A stretch of 38,049 bases of DNA, taken from sequence record NC_028268.1. The stretch is one strand, 5' to 3'. Positions 8,635-17,381 of the stretch are shown one piece after another; position 1 is the stretch's first letter, and the number at the start of each line of letters is the position of its first letter. Made by a program: the position numbers and the translations under genes. The notes beneath the pieces are model-generated. The model was given only the letters and a program-made list of their open reading frames with translations, was not told the DNA's origin and did not search any database.

Positions 8635-8678
8635 CCGGCTCCTCAAGCTGCATTCTTATTTGGGGGTCACCGCGGGCT

Positions 8679-9344
8679 ATGCCTTCTAAGGCTGAGACGG
8701 CAGCGCTGCTGCGGGGCTTGGGCTACTCCTATCTTGAGATAGCTAGGGAGCTCTATCCTGGGGACTACCGGCGTTATCGTGAGACTGGGGATAGGAGGCT
8801 TTATCAGCTTTTGAAGAAGAGGGTTTGGAAGCTGCTTAGGCTTGCCGGGGGTGGTGGATCCCGGGGTAATGGGGTGGTGGACCCTCCCGCCGGGTGGACC
8901 CTTGAGGTGGAGTTTGACGAGTCCGGCTGGGAGAGGGACAGCCCCACCCCCCGCGCGCCCCCGGAGCTGCCCCATCCTAGGGAGCGTAAGCGGGGGCTGC
9001 GGGGTTTCGAGAGGCAGGTGGTGGAGTATGAGCAGCTCCTCTACTATTATTACACGAGGCATCTGAAGGGTTACGACTCCTCGGGCGTCATCTGGGGGAC
9101 TATAAAGCTGGTGCACGGCCGGGCTTTCAGGGGGTTCTACGAGGAGCACGGGGTTAACGTTTGGCGGAGGGAGAAGGCGGGGCGGGTCGCCAGGGCTTAT
9201 GTTTACTCTGTTATGGTTGTTTCTCTGTGGCTCCACGGCTACTGGTTCTACAGCGAGCTTAGGGAGCGGCTTAGGAGGGCGCTTGACGTGGATAGGGAGG
9301 ATGTGGCCAAGGTGCTTCCGCTTGTGATGGGTACTGTGGTCTAG
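8679..9344 (+). CDS. HTH-domain protein
   Basis: N-terminal LLRGLGYSYLEIARELYPG HTH, resembling the first HTH of ORF 781; Gly-rich linker follows. Confidence 0.7.
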   Translation: MPSKAETAALLRGLGYSYLEIARELYPGDYRRYRETGDRRLYQLLKKRVWKLLRLAGGGGSRGNGVVDPPAGWTLEVEFDESGWERDSPTPRAPPELPHPRERKRGLRGFERQVVEYEQLLYYYYTRHLKGYDSSGVIWGTIKLVHGRAFRGFYEEHGVNVWRREKAGRVARAYVYSVMVVSLWLHGYWFYSELRERLRRALDVDREDVAKVLPLVMGTVV

Positions 9345-9367
9345 AGCATTACATCTTTGGGTGCCGC

Positions 9368-10087
9368 TTGGTGCTTCCACCTAGGCTCCGCGGGAACCCG
9401 GTCCTCTCCAGGTATGCCCGGTTCTATAAGACCCCCTCACCCCCGGCTCCAGCGGTGACCAGGGGCGCCCCGGGTCCCCGCCCGACGGGCTCTAGGCCTC
9501 CGCGCTCCGGCTCCAGGGCTTCCGGTAGGGGCCGGGACCTTGTGGATGCGCTTCTAAAGGAGGGTCTTGCATACAGGGATGAGGAGCGCGGGTATGTTGT
9601 TTTGAAGAGGCCCGACGCCTTCAAGATCCTGGAGGGGAGGAGGGCTTCTAGGTCGAGGCCGAAGACAGCCAGCGTAGGCTGGGAGGAGCTGGAGAGGAGG
9701 AGGTGGGATAGGAGGGTTGAGAGGGCCGCGAGCTTCGCCTACACCTCGACGCCGGGGAGCGCTATACTTGACGACGTCCACTCGCAGGACACTCTGAACA
9801 GGTGGATGGAGCAGTGGGTGCAGAAGCTCGTGTCGGAGGGGTACAGCGAGAAGAGCGCCAGGTCTATGGCCGCGAATATGCTGGGAGGCGACTTCAGGGA
9901 GGATTTCGAGGCGGCGGTAAGGCAGATGATGAACGAGCTGGGCCCGGGGTCGAGGCTGTACACGTGGTACGGTGAGGGCGGGTGGCATGTTACCGTGTTC
10001 AACCCGAGGACCGGCCGGAAGAAGAGCCTCAGCTTGAAGGAGTTCGCCAGCAGCTGGGAGCCCGACTTTGTCACGGTTTGGGACTGA
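9368..10087 (+). CDS. Hypothetical protein with Pro/Arg-rich N-terminus
   Basis: 239-aa ORF, co-directional and closely spaced with its neighbours. Confidence 0.65.
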   Translation: MVLPPRLRGNPVLSRYARFYKTPSPPAPAVTRGAPGPRPTGSRPPRSGSRASGRGRDLVDALLKEGLAYRDEERGYVVLKRPDAFKILEGRRASRSRPKTASVGWEELERRRWDRRVERAASFAYTSTPGSAILDDVHSQDTLNRWMEQWVQKLVSEGYSEKSARSMAANMLGGDFREDFEAAVRQMMNELGPGSRLYTWYGEGGWHVTVFNPRTGRKKSLSLKEFASSWEPDFVTVWD

Positions 10088-10102
10088 GGGTGGTGTGGTT
10101 GC

Positions 10103-11368
10103 ATGCTGAGGCGTCGTGTTCTGATGGACGGCGGGGGCTCGGCTGGCTCCGCCCCCTCCTCCCCCGGCTCTTCTAGGCCCCCGGACTACAGCCTCTACGA
10201 GTCTCAACCCCGACCGGCACCCGCGTCCTGGAGCCCCCTGGGTGTGCTGGCCTCTGCTCTCGACGCCCCCTACAGTTTTGTCCAGGAGAGGGGGTGGGGG
10301 GTTGTTGAGAGGCTTAGGAGGAGGGCGTTGAGGGAGAAGGCTGAGGGGGACTATGCCGAGGGGTTTCTCTGGGCTCTGGGCGCCTCTGCCGCTAGCTTCG
10401 GCGTGGGCGTGGCGGCCGGTGTTACGGGGCTCTTCAGCCCTAGGGCCTGGAGGGAGGCTTTCCACGCCTTCATGCACCCGGGGGAGACTGTGAGGGCCGT
10501 GGCGTCCGACCCTCTGTCGTGGCCGTATCTTGCGGGGTCTGTGGTCGGGCCTGCTAAGCTGGGGAGGGCTGTTGGGCGGAGGCTGGGGAGGGTTAGAGAA
10601 CCCGATTTAGCCTCTACCAGCGAGGGTTCTCTAACACTTGTGGCCGCCAAGGGAGAAAGGCTCAGATGGGCGGCCAGGCTCGAGGCAAGAGGCCCCACAG
10701 TAGGGGTTAAGGGTGTGAAGCCCAGGCCCCCGCCAGACAGGCTCGTCACCCTCGAGACCCCGAGGGGTAGGGTTGAGCTGCTCGAGTCTAGGCGGGGCTC
10801 CACCGTTAGGAGGGTCTATAGGGCTGAGTACAGGGATGTGGGGAAGAAGCTGCTGGGGGTTGAGGAGTGGAGTGTCGAGGGCTGGCTGAGGCCTAGGTAC
10901 CGGTACCGGGGGCTGCTTGTCGACCCGGAGACGCCCGGGGCGGCCGTCCTCCTGGAGGCCCGGAGGCCGTTGTTGAGGGGTGTGGATCTGCCGCCTCCCA
11001 GACTGTGGGTCGAGCCTAGGCTTGCCGCTCCCGCCGGGGCTGTAGGCCTTATACTAGGCCTCGGCGCCGCCGGGACCGGTGCTCGGGGCGGTTTGGAGGG
11101 TGGTGCCGCTGGGCGGCCTGCTGAGGCGGGTGCCCGGGGGCTTGTGTCCGGGTCCTCTCTGGCCGGGGGTGAGGCCGCGGCCTCTACCCTGGCGGGGGCC
11201 TCGGCCGCGTCTTCCCCGGCGGAGCCCTCTGCAGCCTCAGCCGGGCGCGGGGGTCCTGAGGCTCCCCCGCTCCTGGGGTCTGGTTCCCGGGGGAGGCGTG
11301 GCAGGAGGGGGAAGCTGGCTTACTCGGAGATCCTGTATCCTGGCGGCGTGCTTCTGGAGCTTCTCTAG
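10103..11368 (+). CDS. Hypothetical (possibly virion-internal) protein with a hydrophobic segment and Gly/Ala/Ser-rich C-terminus
   Basis: 421-aa ORF; hydrophobic FLWALGASAASFGVGVAAGVTGLF segment and a basic tail. Confidence 0.65.
   Translation: MLRRRVLMDGGGSAGSAPSSPGSSRPPDYSLYESQPRPAPASWSPLGVLASALDAPYSFVQERGWGVVERLRRRALREKAEGDYAEGFLWALGASAASFGVGVAAGVTGLFSPRAWREAFHAFMHPGETVRAVASDPLSWPYLAGSVVGPAKLGRAVGRRLGRVREPDLASTSEGSLTLVAAKGERLRWAARLEARGPTVGVKGVKPRPPPDRLVTLETPRGRVELLESRRGSTVRRVYRAEYRDVGKKLLGVEEWSVEGWLRPRYRYRGLLVDPETPGAAVLLEARRPLLRGVDLPPPRLWVEPRLAAPAGAVGLILGLGAAGTGARGGLEGGAAGRPAEAGARGLVSGSSLAGGEAAASTLAGASAASSPAEPSAASAGRGGPEAPPLLGSGSRGRRGRRGKLAYSEILYPGGVLLELL
10592..10635. repeat. Bipartite palindrome copy S10 (inside CDS): GTTAGAGAACCC…GGGTTCTCTAAC
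   Basis: Perfect 12-bp inverted repeat, with 26 nt between the cores. Confidence 0.9.
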
Positions 11369-11392
11369 ACGCACCCTCCTATTGGGGGGGCG

Positions 11393-11683
11393 ATGGCTGC
11401 TAGGGCTTGGGTTGTTGCGGTTGTCGGGTTCTTCGTCATGTGGCTTATGTTCCAGGTCGTGGGGTGGGTTATCGGCGTTATATGGGGTGTGTGGCAGCAG
11501 CTTGACCAGGCGACCGCGGGTACCATGATAGAGCCGCCTCAGGATTGGAAGAACATGCTGAACAGCCTGTACAGCAACATGCTTGGCATATGGAACTATC
11601 TCCCGGTGGTTGTGCTGCTCTCCGCAGTGGTGTACATAATAATCGAGAGCCTGCGTAGGAGGCCGGAGGAGTACTACGTCTAG
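11393..11683 (+). CDS. Small membrane/virion protein (two TM helices)
   Basis: 96-aa ORF with two hydrophobic helices. Confidence 0.75.
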   Translation: MAARAWVVAVVGFFVMWLMFQVVGWVIGVIWGVWQQLDQATAGTMIEPPQDWKNMLNSLYSNMLGIWNYLPVVVLLSAVVYIIIESLRRRPEEYYV

Positions 11684-11686
11684 GGG

Positions 11687-14476
11687 GTGGCCGCTTTGAG
11701 GCCCGGCCCGGTCCTGATACTGCTGCTGGTGGTGCTATCGACCGCGGCCCCTCTGGCGGATGCTGGGGTGCAGGACTGGGTCACGCCTGGCCTCGTCCTG
11801 GACGCCTCACCCCACCTCTGGCTCAGGATGGCCGATACACTTGTGCAGAGGCTCTACGACCCCGGCCTCAACCTGTTCAGGGAGACCTGGGGCACCCCTG
11901 AGGGGCGGTGCTGGTACTGGAATACTGAGCAGGGCGAGGCGGCTCAGATCGCGGTCTACCTCAACGACTCCACCCTCCTCTCGAGCCTCCTAGCAGCGTA
12001 CAAGCAGTACTTGATATACGAGTCCCAGAGTGGCCAAGTCTACCTGTTCTCCCGGTACACTCCCTGCAGCACGATAAGGCAGCTCAGCCTAGACCCCCAG
12101 AACTTCAGCCTCGGCAATCTGATAGTGAACATTGGAGGGGACCTGGCGGGGACTAGGACTGATGTACCTGACTACCACAGGGTGGTAGCCCTCAGCCTAG
12201 ACATCTACAAGGACCCCACTAACATCTACGAGCAGGATAAGGCGTGGCCCAACATGTGGTACACGGCCAACCTGAAGAGCCACGAGGTCTGGTACCTGGC
12301 GCCGGGCGACACCACGGACTATAAGGGAATTTGGGATACCTCTGACGGTAGCCTGGGTACGGGCAGCATCACGAGCTACAGTGTTAGGGTCGAGCAGGCC
12401 ACGGACCCCACCACCAACACCACCTATGATGTTGGCGTGGCGGAGAGGACTATGGAGGACGCAAACCTAAGCTACACCCAGCGCTTCGTACTGGAGCCCA
12501 GGAAGCCCTACGTCAAGGTGGAGCTAACGGTCACCAACAAGAGTCAGGTGGACACTCTGAGCAACGTGAGGGTGACCCTGGCCTTCGACAACCTGGACTG
12601 GTGGCTCTACAAGTATGTCTACATCCCTGGGGTGGGCCTGATAGACGCCTCCACCAGCGGGACCCAGATTAACACGGGTGAGAAGGAGTACCATCTCGCA
12701 AGGACCTGGGAGGGCTTCTGGCAGCCAGTAACGGACTCTAGCGGCAGGGCCTGGTGGCCCAGCATAATCTACGCCGACAGGCCCCTAGGCATGAACAGGG
12801 GGCTACTGGTCCTGGTTGATGGAAACTACGGGGTGAACTTCTGGGGCTACGGCAACTACCAGGCCCCGCAGAAGGACCTCTACGGCGTCCCCGCCTACAC
12901 GGACTGGTACTACAGGTGGCTGAAGTACGAGGTGGTGGTTGGGGACCTGCCGCCGGGCGCCTCGAAGACGGTCGAGATTCTGATAGTACCTATGGCTAGC
13001 TACGCCCCTGGCCTGGAGGACCTCTACATCGAGATGGCCTCGAAGCTCGACCAGCTGGAGGGCCGGGACTTCAGCTACGCAGTGAACACGGGCACTGGGG
13101 CCTTCAAGGGCCTCGCCATGGCCAGGATTATCCTCGCCTACCTCAACCAGGGTGACCACCAGTTCGCCCAGAGGATCCTGGACACTGTGGGCCAGGTTAT
13201 GGAGGCCTGGGGCTGGATGGTGTCGACCAGGGCCCTCAGCAACTACATCCTGTCGCTGGTGTACCTCTACGACTACACGGGCGACAGGACCTACCTGGAC
13301 AGGGCCGAGGCCGCCGCGCAGACCCTACTCCAGGCCCAGATAAGGGACCCCCAGGACCCGAGGAACGGGGGCTTCCTGGACATAGTTTACCCCTACGGCG
13401 TCGCCACCTACCTGGACGTGAACGCCGAGGCCGCCCACGCCCTCCTGGCCCTGTGGGAGAGGACGGGGGACACCGCTTACAGGGAGGCTGTGGACTACTG
13501 GCTCCAGAACTGGTTCCGCAGGGAGCAGGATACGGGTAGGTGGTACTACTACAGGTACAAGAGCCTCGAGGACGCGCCCAGCGAGTACTGGTACAAGGGC
13601 TATCTTGACGAGAAGCAGCCATACGCCCAGGGCTACTTCCTCCAGGCCCTCGCGAAGCTGTACTGGAGTGATGAGAGGCTCCTGGTATCCTTCAACAGGA
13701 TAATGGAGCTGCTCAGTGACGAGTACTGGGAGCTGACTTGGGAGGGTGCTGACGAGACCAACGTGGAGACCCAGAGCAGCGCGGCGGCGGGCCTGAGGGA
13801 GTACCTGCTCGCCCTGGCTGGAGGGGCAGGCGCGGCCGTAGAGTACGTTAGGGGCGGGGAGCTGGCCTCTGTGGTTTACGAGAAGTACGGTAGCATGGTC
13901 GACCCTTCAACCGGGCTTAGGTTTACCCTGGGCAGGATGGTCATCACCGTCTCGAAGCCTCCCCTGGCCCTTGCAACCGTCGCCGTCTACCTGCCGTCAG
14001 GGCTGCTTCTCGAGGTTCTGGTTGACGGAGTCCCCGCTAGGCAGGTGCAGCAGCTCGCCGATCTGGCTCTGAGCCCGGAGTCCTACTATTTCGACGGGAG
14101 TTTGGTGTATGTTAGGCTGCAGAGCGCCGGGGAGGTGGCGATCGTCTACCAGTGGGTGGAGAGCGGCGAGAGCAACGTCTACAGCCCCGAGGTGTCGACG
14201 CCTGTTGTGGAGCAGCCCCCCACCGTCACCCCGCCTAGCGTGGGCGTGACGCTCCCCCAGTGGCTCGAGCCGTATAAGGGGTTGCTGGCCGTGGGGCTTA
14301 TCGTGGCGTCGGCTATGCTGGCCACAGAGGCCTCGGCCCCCGTGTTTGCCCTGGCCGCCGCCGGGCTGGCCGGGGTGTTCGTCGCCAGCGGCTGGCTCAC
14401 TATACCCCAGGCCGTGCTGGGCCTCGCGTTCGCGGCCGCCGGGCTGGGACTGATCGTCATGAGGAAGAGGGGCTAG
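11687..14476 (+). CDS. Large secreted, C-terminally anchored virion/adsorption protein with a probable (alpha/alpha)-barrel glycosidase-like domain
   Basis: 929 aa; signal peptide; beta-rich middle region; six-hairpin-like repeats (YLYDYTGDRTYLDRAE, ALWERTGDTAYREAV, PRNGGF); N-x-S/T sequons; C-terminal TM helices with a basic tail. Confidence 0.75.
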   Translation: MAALRPGPVLILLLVVLSTAAPLADAGVQDWVTPGLVLDASPHLWLRMADTLVQRLYDPGLNLFRETWGTPEGRCWYWNTEQGEAAQIAVYLNDSTLLSSLLAAYKQYLIYESQSGQVYLFSRYTPCSTIRQLSLDPQNFSLGNLIVNIGGDLAGTRTDVPDYHRVVALSLDIYKDPTNIYEQDKAWPNMWYTANLKSHEVWYLAPGDTTDYKGIWDTSDGSLGTGSITSYSVRVEQATDPTTNTTYDVGVAERTMEDANLSYTQRFVLEPRKPYVKVELTVTNKSQVDTLSNVRVTLAFDNLDWWLYKYVYIPGVGLIDASTSGTQINTGEKEYHLARTWEGFWQPVTDSSGRAWWPSIIYADRPLGMNRGLLVLVDGNYGVNFWGYGNYQAPQKDLYGVPAYTDWYYRWLKYEVVVGDLPPGASKTVEILIVPMASYAPGLEDLYIEMASKLDQLEGRDFSYAVNTGTGAFKGLAMARIILAYLNQGDHQFAQRILDTVGQVMEAWGWMVSTRALSNYILSLVYLYDYTGDRTYLDRAEAAAQTLLQAQIRDPQDPRNGGFLDIVYPYGVATYLDVNAEAAHALLALWERTGDTAYREAVDYWLQNWFRREQDTGRWYYYRYKSLEDAPSEYWYKGYLDEKQPYAQGYFLQALAKLYWSDERLLVSFNRIMELLSDEYWELTWEGADETNVETQSSAAAGLREYLLALAGGAGAAVEYVRGGELASVVYEKYGSMVDPSTGLRFTLGRMVITVSKPPLALATVAVYLPSGLLLEVLVDGVPARQVQQLADLALSPESYYFDGSLVYVRLQSAGEVAIVYQWVESGESNVYSPEVSTPVVEQPPTVTPPSVGVTLPQWLEPYKGLLAVGLIVASAMLATEASAPVFALAAAGLAGVFVASGWLTIPQAVLGLAFAAAGLGLIVMRKRG

Positions 14477-14492
14477 GGCTGTCGCATAGCTA

Positions 14493-14882
14493 GTGTGGGG
14501 GGTTGCCGGTTTGAGGGCGCTCAACATGGCTGTGTTCATCTTCCTGCTCAGCCTCAGCATGAGCGCTGTTAAGGAGGCCTTCGGGCTGCCGCACGTGGGC
14601 CCCGTGTGGAGTGTGGGTGTTGAGGATGTGGAGGCGTACGGGAGGGTTGAGTACAGCGGGGACTGGTGGGGCGTCAGCGTGTTCTCCGCCGTGAAGAACG
14701 GGGTCGAGCTTCTGGGGGGTGTTGTTGGCGGGGCCCTCATGCTCGGCAGCACCCTCCAGGCATTCATACCCTTCCAGCTTCCGGGCGTGCTGGTGATGGG
14801 GCTGAACATTCTGGGCAGCTTCGCCGCCGCGCTGGCGTTCATCCAGTTCGTGAGGGGCGTGTCCACCCGGGGGATGGAGTGA
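14493..14882 (+). CDS. Membrane/virion protein
   Basis: 129 aa, with hydrophobic N- and C-terminal helices. Confidence 0.7.
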   Translation: MWGVAGLRALNMAVFIFLLSLSMSAVKEAFGLPHVGPVWSVGVEDVEAYGRVEYSGDWWGVSVFSAVKNGVELLGGVVGGALMLGSTLQAFIPFQLPGVLVMGLNILGSFAAALAFIQFVRGVSTRGME

Positions 14883-15172
14883 TGGCCTCGGCAACGTTGC
14901 CTCCCCCGCCGGACGTGCTTACGGGCGTTGGCCTGGACCAGCTGATATCCAGCTTCGCTTCGTGGTGGTCCGGCGCCACGTTCGGCCTCTTCGGCCCGGT
15001 GCTGGCCGTGCTGGCGGTCGTAACGGTGTTCTTGAAGACGCGGAGCGCCTCGGCAACCGCCGTTGTCAGCCTGGTGCTCGCCGCCTTCCTGGGTAGGGAG
15101 TGGCTGATGCTGGTGGCCGCCCTGTCCCTGGCGGCGCTGCTGTGGCAGGTGTGGAGGGCATCCACGGACTAG
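14882..15172 (+). CDS. Small membrane/virion protein (96 aa)
   Basis: ATG at 14882 overlaps the previous TGA (TGATG); 3' part of track ORF 14666..15172; very hydrophobic. Confidence 0.7.
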   Translation: MASATLPPPPDVLTGVGLDQLISSFASWWSGATFGLFGPVLAVLAVVTVFLKTRSASATAVVSLVLAAFLGREWLMLVAALSLAALLWQVWRASTD

Positions 15173-15182
15173 CCGCATATAT
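15170..15182 (+). promoter_or_regulatory. Promoter element TAGCCGCATATAT upstream of capsid gene 1
   Basis: An identical 13-mer occurs at 15518-15530; both precede capsid-like genes. Confidence 0.6.
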
Positions 15183-15202
15183 ATCTCGGAGGCCTGGGGG
15201 CG

Positions 15203-15520
15203 ATGCAGGGCTTCATAGCCTATCTTGTGGGCTTCGCGGTTGTGGCCGGGGTGGCGGTGGCCCTGGGTATAACGCTGGGGTTCTTCGCCGACATAGCTAG
15301 CAGTCTGACGTACACCACTACCACGACTTCGGTAGACCCTTCTACCGGCCAGACGGTGACTATAACACAGACCAACTACTACGTGCCGCAGGAGTACATG
15401 AACGTGATAGACATGGCCCAATCCCTGGGCGGCACCGGGGTCACGCTGGCGATAGCAGCGCTGATAGTGGGCCTGGCCCTTCTGCTGATAGCTGTGATCA
15501 GGCAGACTGGCGGGGTGTAG
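15203..15520 (+). CDS. Spindle-virus capsid protein (VP1/VP3-like, two hydrophobic helices)
   Basis: 105 aa with a helix-loop-helix hydrophobic pattern; clearly paralogous to 15548..15814 (MQGFxAYLVGFA…AQSLGGTGxTLAIAALIVGLA). Confidence 0.75.
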   Translation: MQGFIAYLVGFAVVAGVAVALGITLGFFADIASSLTYTTTTTSVDPSTGQTVTITQTNYYVPQEYMNVIDMAQSLGGTGVTLAIAALIVGLALLLIAVIRQTGGV

Positions 15521-15530
15521 CCGCATATAT
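15518..15530 (+). promoter_or_regulatory. Promoter element TAGCCGCATATAT upstream of capsid gene 2
   Basis: Duplicate of 15170-15182, followed by the RBS-like GGTGGTGA. Confidence 0.6.
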
Positions 15531-15547
15531 AGGGTGGTGAACAGGGG

Positions 15548-15814
15548 TTGCAGGGCTTCACAGCGTATCTTGTGGGGTTCGCTATAGTCGCTGGCTTCGC
15601 AGTGGCGCTGGGCTTCATATTCGGCATATTCAACCAGATAGTGGCCCAGCTCAACACAGACCCCAACAACCCGATGATAAGCCAGGAGTTCGTCGACGCC
15701 ATAAACCTTGCCCAGAGCCTTGGGGGCACCGGCCTGACCCTTGCTATAGCGGCGCTTATAGTAGGCCTCGCGATGCTCCTCATAGCCGTGATCAGGAGCT
15801 ACTCGGGCGTCTAG
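15548..15814 (+). CDS. Spindle-virus capsid protein (VP1/VP3-like), paralog
   Basis: 88 aa, TTG start, paralog of 15203..15520. Confidence 0.75.
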   Translation: MQGFTAYLVGFAIVAGFAVALGFIFGIFNQIVAQLNTDPNNPMISQEFVDAINLAQSLGGTGLTLAIAALIVGLAMLLIAVIRSYSGV

Positions 15815-15846
15815 CCTCCAACCACCTCCCGTCTACACAGCTGTTT

Positions 15847-17139
15847 TTGGCCCGGGTGCCAGTTTTGAGGCTGTCAGCCGTACTTGCGGGTGGCCTCCTG
15901 CTCCTCTTGCTGGTGGCCCCTATCCCTGGGTGGACCCCTGCGGCTGCTCAGGCGGGCGTCTTCCTGGAGATAGTGCTGCCGGACGGGAGTGGCTACAGGT
16001 TCGGCCCCCTGATACTCGAGAGGGGCGATCTAGTGGCCCCCAGCTTCTACAGGCTGGTGCTCGACGGGTCGGGCTACGTCGAGTTCGACCTCGCGCCCGA
16101 GGCCGGTACTGTGGCGGCCCTGGTGAGGCCCTACAAGACGCCGGACTGGAACGCTATAGCCAGCAACGACGAGGCCCTCTCCTGGAGGCTCTACGTCTCC
16201 CAGGCCTCAGACGCCTACGAGTTCATGAGGAGGGACAGCGCCCTAAACGCCTACGTGGCTGGCGACGGGGCCGCCCGGGACGGCGTGCTCGTGTGGGTCC
16301 TAGCCTACACCTACAGCGACAGGCTGGAGATACACGCTACCGGCAGCGGGAGCGCCTCGTGGACCGGGAGCCCCGCGGGCCCCGCTGCCAAGGTACTGAT
16401 AGGCTCTAACATGTTCAACGGGAGCGAGGTCCCGGCCCAGCGGTGGATCGGGGAGATATGGGCTGTTGTGGTGCATTCGCAGCCCGCCGTCGACCCTAGG
16501 GGCTACGAGGTCCCCGCTTCGGGGCTGGAGCTCCTATTCGACCCGGGCTGGTACCTCGGCGGGGGCCTGTTCGCCGGGCTCTCGGGGTCCGGGTTCGTGT
16601 ACGGGCGCCTGGTAGGTGATGCTGTGCTCGAGGCGTCTGCGCCTAGGATCTGGGTGGTTAGAGACGCCTACACAGACCAATACCTGCACGTTTCTCTAAC
16701 ACCCTACGGCTCGAGGCTGAGGGTGCTCGACGCCTCCGGCGAAGTCCTGGCAGAGTATAGTGTGATATCAGACAACAGGGTGGGGGACCTGGTGCTCGAC
16801 TACCAGGTACCCTGGCCCCCGGCGCCGGGATCCGGCGGTGGTGATGGGGGGCTGGGGGCTCTGGACCTGCTGGCCGTCCCCGTTGTGCTGCTCGCCCTTG
16901 CAGCCCCGGGGGTTGCCCTGGCATCCGGTCCGGTTTGGGGGTTCACCTTCGCCGTCTTCGCCGGGGTCGCTGGCTGGGTCTCACTGTCGCGGGCCGGTGG
17001 CTTGGGGGTTGAGGGGAGCGTGTGGCAGGGGCTGGCGCTGCTCGCCCTGGTCAGCATGGTTCTGGCGGTGGTCCTATCTGCGGTCAAGCTCCTCGCCTGG
17101 AGGGGCGGCCTCAGGGAGCCCAGGGGTTTGGACCTGTGA
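15847..17139 (+). CDS. Secreted, membrane-anchored protein with a probable LamG/concanavalin A-like domain
   Basis: Signal peptide; …VLIGSNMFNG…WIGEIWAVVVHSQP resembles the LamG C-terminal motif; three C-terminal TM helices. Confidence 0.6.
   Translation: MARVPVLRLSAVLAGGLLLLLLVAPIPGWTPAAAQAGVFLEIVLPDGSGYRFGPLILERGDLVAPSFYRLVLDGSGYVEFDLAPEAGTVAALVRPYKTPDWNAIASNDEALSWRLYVSQASDAYEFMRRDSALNAYVAGDGAARDGVLVWVLAYTYSDRLEIHATGSGSASWTGSPAGPAAKVLIGSNMFNGSEVPAQRWIGEIWAVVVHSQPAVDPRGYEVPASGLELLFDPGWYLGGGLFAGLSGSGFVYGRLVGDAVLEASAPRIWVVRDAYTDQYLHVSLTPYGSRLRVLDASGEVLAEYSVISDNRVGDLVLDYQVPWPPAPGSGGGDGGLGALDLLAVPVVLLALAAPGVALASGPVWGFTFAVFAGVAGWVSLSRAGGLGVEGSVWQGLALLALVSMVLAVVLSAVKLLAWRGGLREPRGLDL
16657..16700. 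repeat. Bipartite palindrome copy S11 (inside CDS): GTTAGAGAC-N26-TTCTCTAAC
   Basis: Arms at 16657-16665 and 16692-16700. Confidence 0.8.
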
Positions 17140-17360
17140 TGCGCGGCGCCTGCAGGCTTCTGGCAGTGTTTACCGTGGGTCTGGCGGTGTTCAGCCTAAC
17201 CGTACTAACCGGCCTTCTCCTGGACGCCCTGGACGGCGTTCTCGGCGATGACGCCGCCTATACCGGTGTGGCTGTTGTCGTGGGGAGCATGCTGGGCGGG
17301 GCGGCCCTCATACTGTACAGGGGTGAGCCCCGCGGCTGTGGCGGCGGGGCGGCGCATTAG
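17139..17360 (+). CDS. Small membrane protein (73 aa, two TM helices)
   Basis: ATG overlaps the previous TGA; 3' part of track ORF 17022..17360. Confidence 0.65.
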   Translation: MRGACRLLAVFTVGLAVFSLTVLTGLLLDALDGVLGDDAAYTGVAVVVGSMLGGAALILYRGEPRGCGGGAAH

Positions 17361-17381
17361 ATAGTCGGTCAGGGTGGGAGT

